Shown piece after piece: positions 60,950 to 64,000 of a stretch of 64,000 nucleotides of DNA. Position 1 is the first letter of the stretch; the number at the start of each line of letters is the position of its first letter. The stretch spans positions 2,132,578-2,196,577 of the forward strand of contig CP136572.1 in assembly GCA_035193785.1 (NCBI GenBank), given 5' to 3'. Origin of the DNA: Planktothrix sp. GU0601_MAG3. GTDB taxonomy: Bacteria; Cyanobacteriota; Cyanobacteriia; Cyanobacteriales; Microcoleaceae. The notes beneath the pieces are model-generated. The model saw nothing but the letters and a program-made list of their open reading frames with translations. It was not told the DNA's origin and did not search any database. The position numbers were made by a program, and so were the translations under genes.

Positions 60950-63293
60950 TCAATGGGTTGTACTACGAACAGCGGCAGTATTTTGATTGAGAAGATAATC
61001 AACACTGCTCAGTAATTCCTCTAGGTTAATAGTCTTACTGATGGAATAGCGACGGAAACGACGTACCAGTTGTTTCCATTCCGGTGAATTCGTTAAAGCA
61101 TAGGTATCCAGTGATAACCCTTGATGATGAGCATTTTGCATAAATGTTTCTAACCAATTCGTCACGACTGCTGCTTTTGATAAGGCTGTATATTCTAGGG
61201 ATTGCTTTAGCAGTTGTCTCATCTGTTGCAAGTCTCCATTCTGATAAGCACACCAGGCTTCCCAGATTTTAATTTTATATCGCATTTCATCGGTTTTTTC
61301 TATATCCGGTTGAGTTACCGATTCATATAATCGTAAACGCTCTATTTCTTGTAAAGCATGATGTAATTGAGTTTGTATTTGTTCTAGCTCCTGTTCTGTT
61401 TGATGGATTTGAGTGTGATCATTTTGTAGCAAAGCTTCTGTAACATGAAGTTGAGATTGAGATTTTTGCAACAATTCTTCTGTTCGATGGAGTTGGGTTT
61501 GGGACTGTTGCAACAATTCTTCTGTTTGATGGAGTTGAGTTTGGGACTGTTGCAACAATTCTTCTGTTTGATGGAGTTGGGTTTGGGACTGTTGCAACAA
61601 TTCTTCTGTTTGATGCCGTTGAGTTTGGGACTGTTGCAACAATTCTTCTGTTTCATGGAGTTGGGTTTGGGACTGTTGCAACAATTCTTCTGTTTGATGC
61701 CGTTGAGTTTGGGACTGTTGTAACAATTCTTCTGTTTGATGGAGTTGGGTTTGGGACTTTTCTAGCTCACATTGAATCTGATTAAGTTGAGCCAGTGTAC
61801 GTTCCCATTTTTTCTGAGTTTGATGCAGTTTTATCTGAGAATCTTGCAGTTGTTTTTCCGTTTGATGAAATTGACTAAGCTCGATTTTAGCCTGTTCTAA
61901 CTGAGGTTGAACTTGTTGCAATTGCGCTAGGGTTCGTTCCCATTTTTTCTGAGTTTGAGCAAGTTCTTTTTGCCGTTTACTCAAATTGACTTCAGTTCGA
62001 TAAAATTTATTTTCCCATTGTTTTGACTGACTTTCAACTTGTTGTAAGTTGTTGTAAAGTTGATGTCTTTCTAACTCTGATTGTTCTAATTGTTCTTGGG
62101 TTTGATGTAACTGAAATTGATATTTTTGGCTATCACACTGAGCTTGATTAAGCTGTTGCTGGGATAGAGTTAGATCGTTTTGGAGTTGATGAATTTGGTG
62201 TTGAGATTGATCTAATTTAGATTCTTTGACTTGGAGTTTTTTATTAAACTCGTTGCATTCTAATTCTTTGGCTTGGAGTTTGTTATTGAGTTCATTGCAC
62301 TCCGATTTTTGTGCTTGGAGTTGATGATTGAGTTTCTTTACATTCTAACTCTTTGGCTTTTGCTTCTGTCTGAGAATATTCCAATTCTTCTTTGATTTGA
62401 GAATAATCTTGATCAAACTTATCTTTCAATAACTGATTTTCAATTTGCTGTTGACGAAAATTAACCCAATCTTGAAATACCAAATCTTGGCTAGGTTTTG
62501 TTTTTGTTAACTTTTGCCATGACCAGTCAGGATTATTACCAGGATGCCAAGAAATCCCTTCTAATTCTTGATAATTTTGGGTAACATCAGGACAATAATA
62601 ATCTATTAAACCCAATCGATAACTATTTTTAGAAGTTTCTGTGTTTAGCAAGGAAGTGTCATAAACTTTGGGCGATGGAGAACTAAGTTTTAGCTCGAAC
62701 TTATGATTGATTTCCTGAATATAAAGGCTTTGGTGATCAACAATTGTTTGAATATTGCTCAATAGGCATCTGTGTTGATATTTATTATAAAATTGAATTA
62801 TTTTTTGACTATAATTAATCCAGGACTGAAACGCTAAACTGGGTGAGTTTTTAAAAGAAATTTCTCCCGAAGAACGATAAAGGGAATCTACGACTTCCCA
62901 AGGCGCACGGTATATTAATAAAAATTTAGCTTCGGGTAAAATTTTAGCCCAAAATTCCAATAATAATGCTGTGTTAGGATCGTTCCATGCCCAAATTTCA
63001 GCATCGGAATATTTCTGCGCTAATTCTTGGGCTTTTTGAACCCATATATCATTAATATCTGGCTCTTTTGTGGATGTCCATATTTGAGAATCAATCCCTT
63101 GGTTTTTCAAAATTTCTGCTTGCAGATTAGAAAAATCCAGTTTCTCAATCTCTTGATTCTGGGGAGAATCTGGTTCTTTAAACTGTTGAAAAGAAACTCC
63201 ACAAGTTTTTAATATAGAGGCGGTTAAAGAAAGTCCAGAACGGTGCATTCCGGTGATAATCAAAGGGGTAGATGGAATCGCCATAAAATCCAA
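60950..63293 (-). CDS. Sulfotransferase-like P-loop domain + long coiled coil; frameshift at 62332 (true stop may be 61021 if GAAAC at 61055 is also an error)
   Basis: IITGMHRSG.S, W.W.DP, IYRAPWEVVDSL; frame is continuous from 62332 into the 344-aa ORF. Confidence 0.75.
61427..61757 (-). repeat. 42-nt coding tandem repeat (QQSQTQLHQTEELL x7 plus 1 degenerate)
   Basis: Direct inspection. Confidence 0.92.
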
Positions 63294-63574
63294 TAATTAG
63301 GTAAATTAGTTGAAAACACAAATTGAGAACAATAATCAATAATAAGGACTAAGTTGGGAAAAGAGATGAACTTCCACTTTAAAACAAGCCTTTACTATGT
63401 ATATCATGATTCAGTACCATCGGTGAATATCTAGTATTGACCTGTAAACTACATTAGTAGCCGGGAAGTTTGAGTTTTGTCCACATTATCCGATGTGGAC
63501 AGAATGTGCAAAGGGGATCAATTCCTCTACAATCAGTGAAAGACATTGGAAAGGAAAACAACAAATCTTTCAAT

Positions 63575-64000
63575 ATGAGTAGTCCCTATTTTGAAATCAC
63601 TGATCAATTGCTGCGGAATGGCAGCTTGGAAGAGGCAATCGCCAATTACCACAAAGCTATTGAGGATAATCCTAACTCGTCTTGGCTGTATCAGAATTTA
63701 GCCGAAGCTTTAACGGAAACAGGGAGATCGGTCGCAAGCTATTGTTGCTTATCAGAAGGCAATCGAACTGAATTCTACTTCTCCTTGGTGTTATGACGGT
63801 TTAGGCTGTGTTCTGCTGCAACAAGGACAGGCGGAAGATGCGATCGCATATTTGCGAAAAGCAGTAGAACTCTATCCAGGATTCTATGAATTTTATAATA
63901 ATTTGGGATTAGCATTAACCCAACATGATCAGTTAGAAGAAGCGATCGCTGTTTTTCGTCAAGGACTTGAGCTAAAACCCCGTAATCCTGAACTCCACCA
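63575..64000 (+). CDS. TPR-repeat protein, runs off the window; frameshift at 63716
   Basis: EEAIANYHKAIE.NP..YQNLAEAL; further TPRs after correction. Confidence 0.75.

Noticed and set aside
1053..63720. Programmed ribosomal frameshifting or RNA editing at GAAAC
   Set aside because: The motif appears as GAAAC in some mRNAs and GUUUC in others, pointing to a double-stranded DNA-level cause rather than a translational signal.
1..64000. Mass pseudogenisation / genome decay
   Set aside because: Breaks hit essential genes, all share one sequence context, and no in-frame nonsense or other lesion types accompany them; this fits a systematic sequencing error.

Overview
Chromosomal window from a filamentous cyanobacterium. 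Abundant HIP1 GCGATCGC sites, heptamer STRR arrays and rbcL-rbcX-rbcS support this; Oscillatoriales/Planktothrix-like is my inference. The first ~45 kb holds housekeeping and signalling genes (cyaB-type adenylate cyclase, sbcD, cikA-like kinase, tmk, holB, ftn2, gor, dnaG, rbcLXS, Ser/Thr kinase, Ctp protease). It also holds a TPR-STAND-WD40 protein, a toxin-antitoxin pair, a PGM1-like ATP-grasp ligase, a MITE and a 3'-truncated group II intron. The last ~19 kb is a surface-glycan locus of TPR, glycosyltransferase, methyltransferase and sulfotransferase genes. Two things stand out. (1) All 32 gene-splitting frameshifts I could place are a single extra base turning GAAC/GTTC into GAAAC/GTTTC. 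This is best read as a sequencing-error footprint of a DNA modification at GAAC/GTTC, the known Dnd phosphorothioate motif. (2) A Rho_N/DUF4912 protein carries a ~600-aa hierarchical GY(T/S)QSG repeat expansion. CDS coordinates below are merged across these frameshifts.
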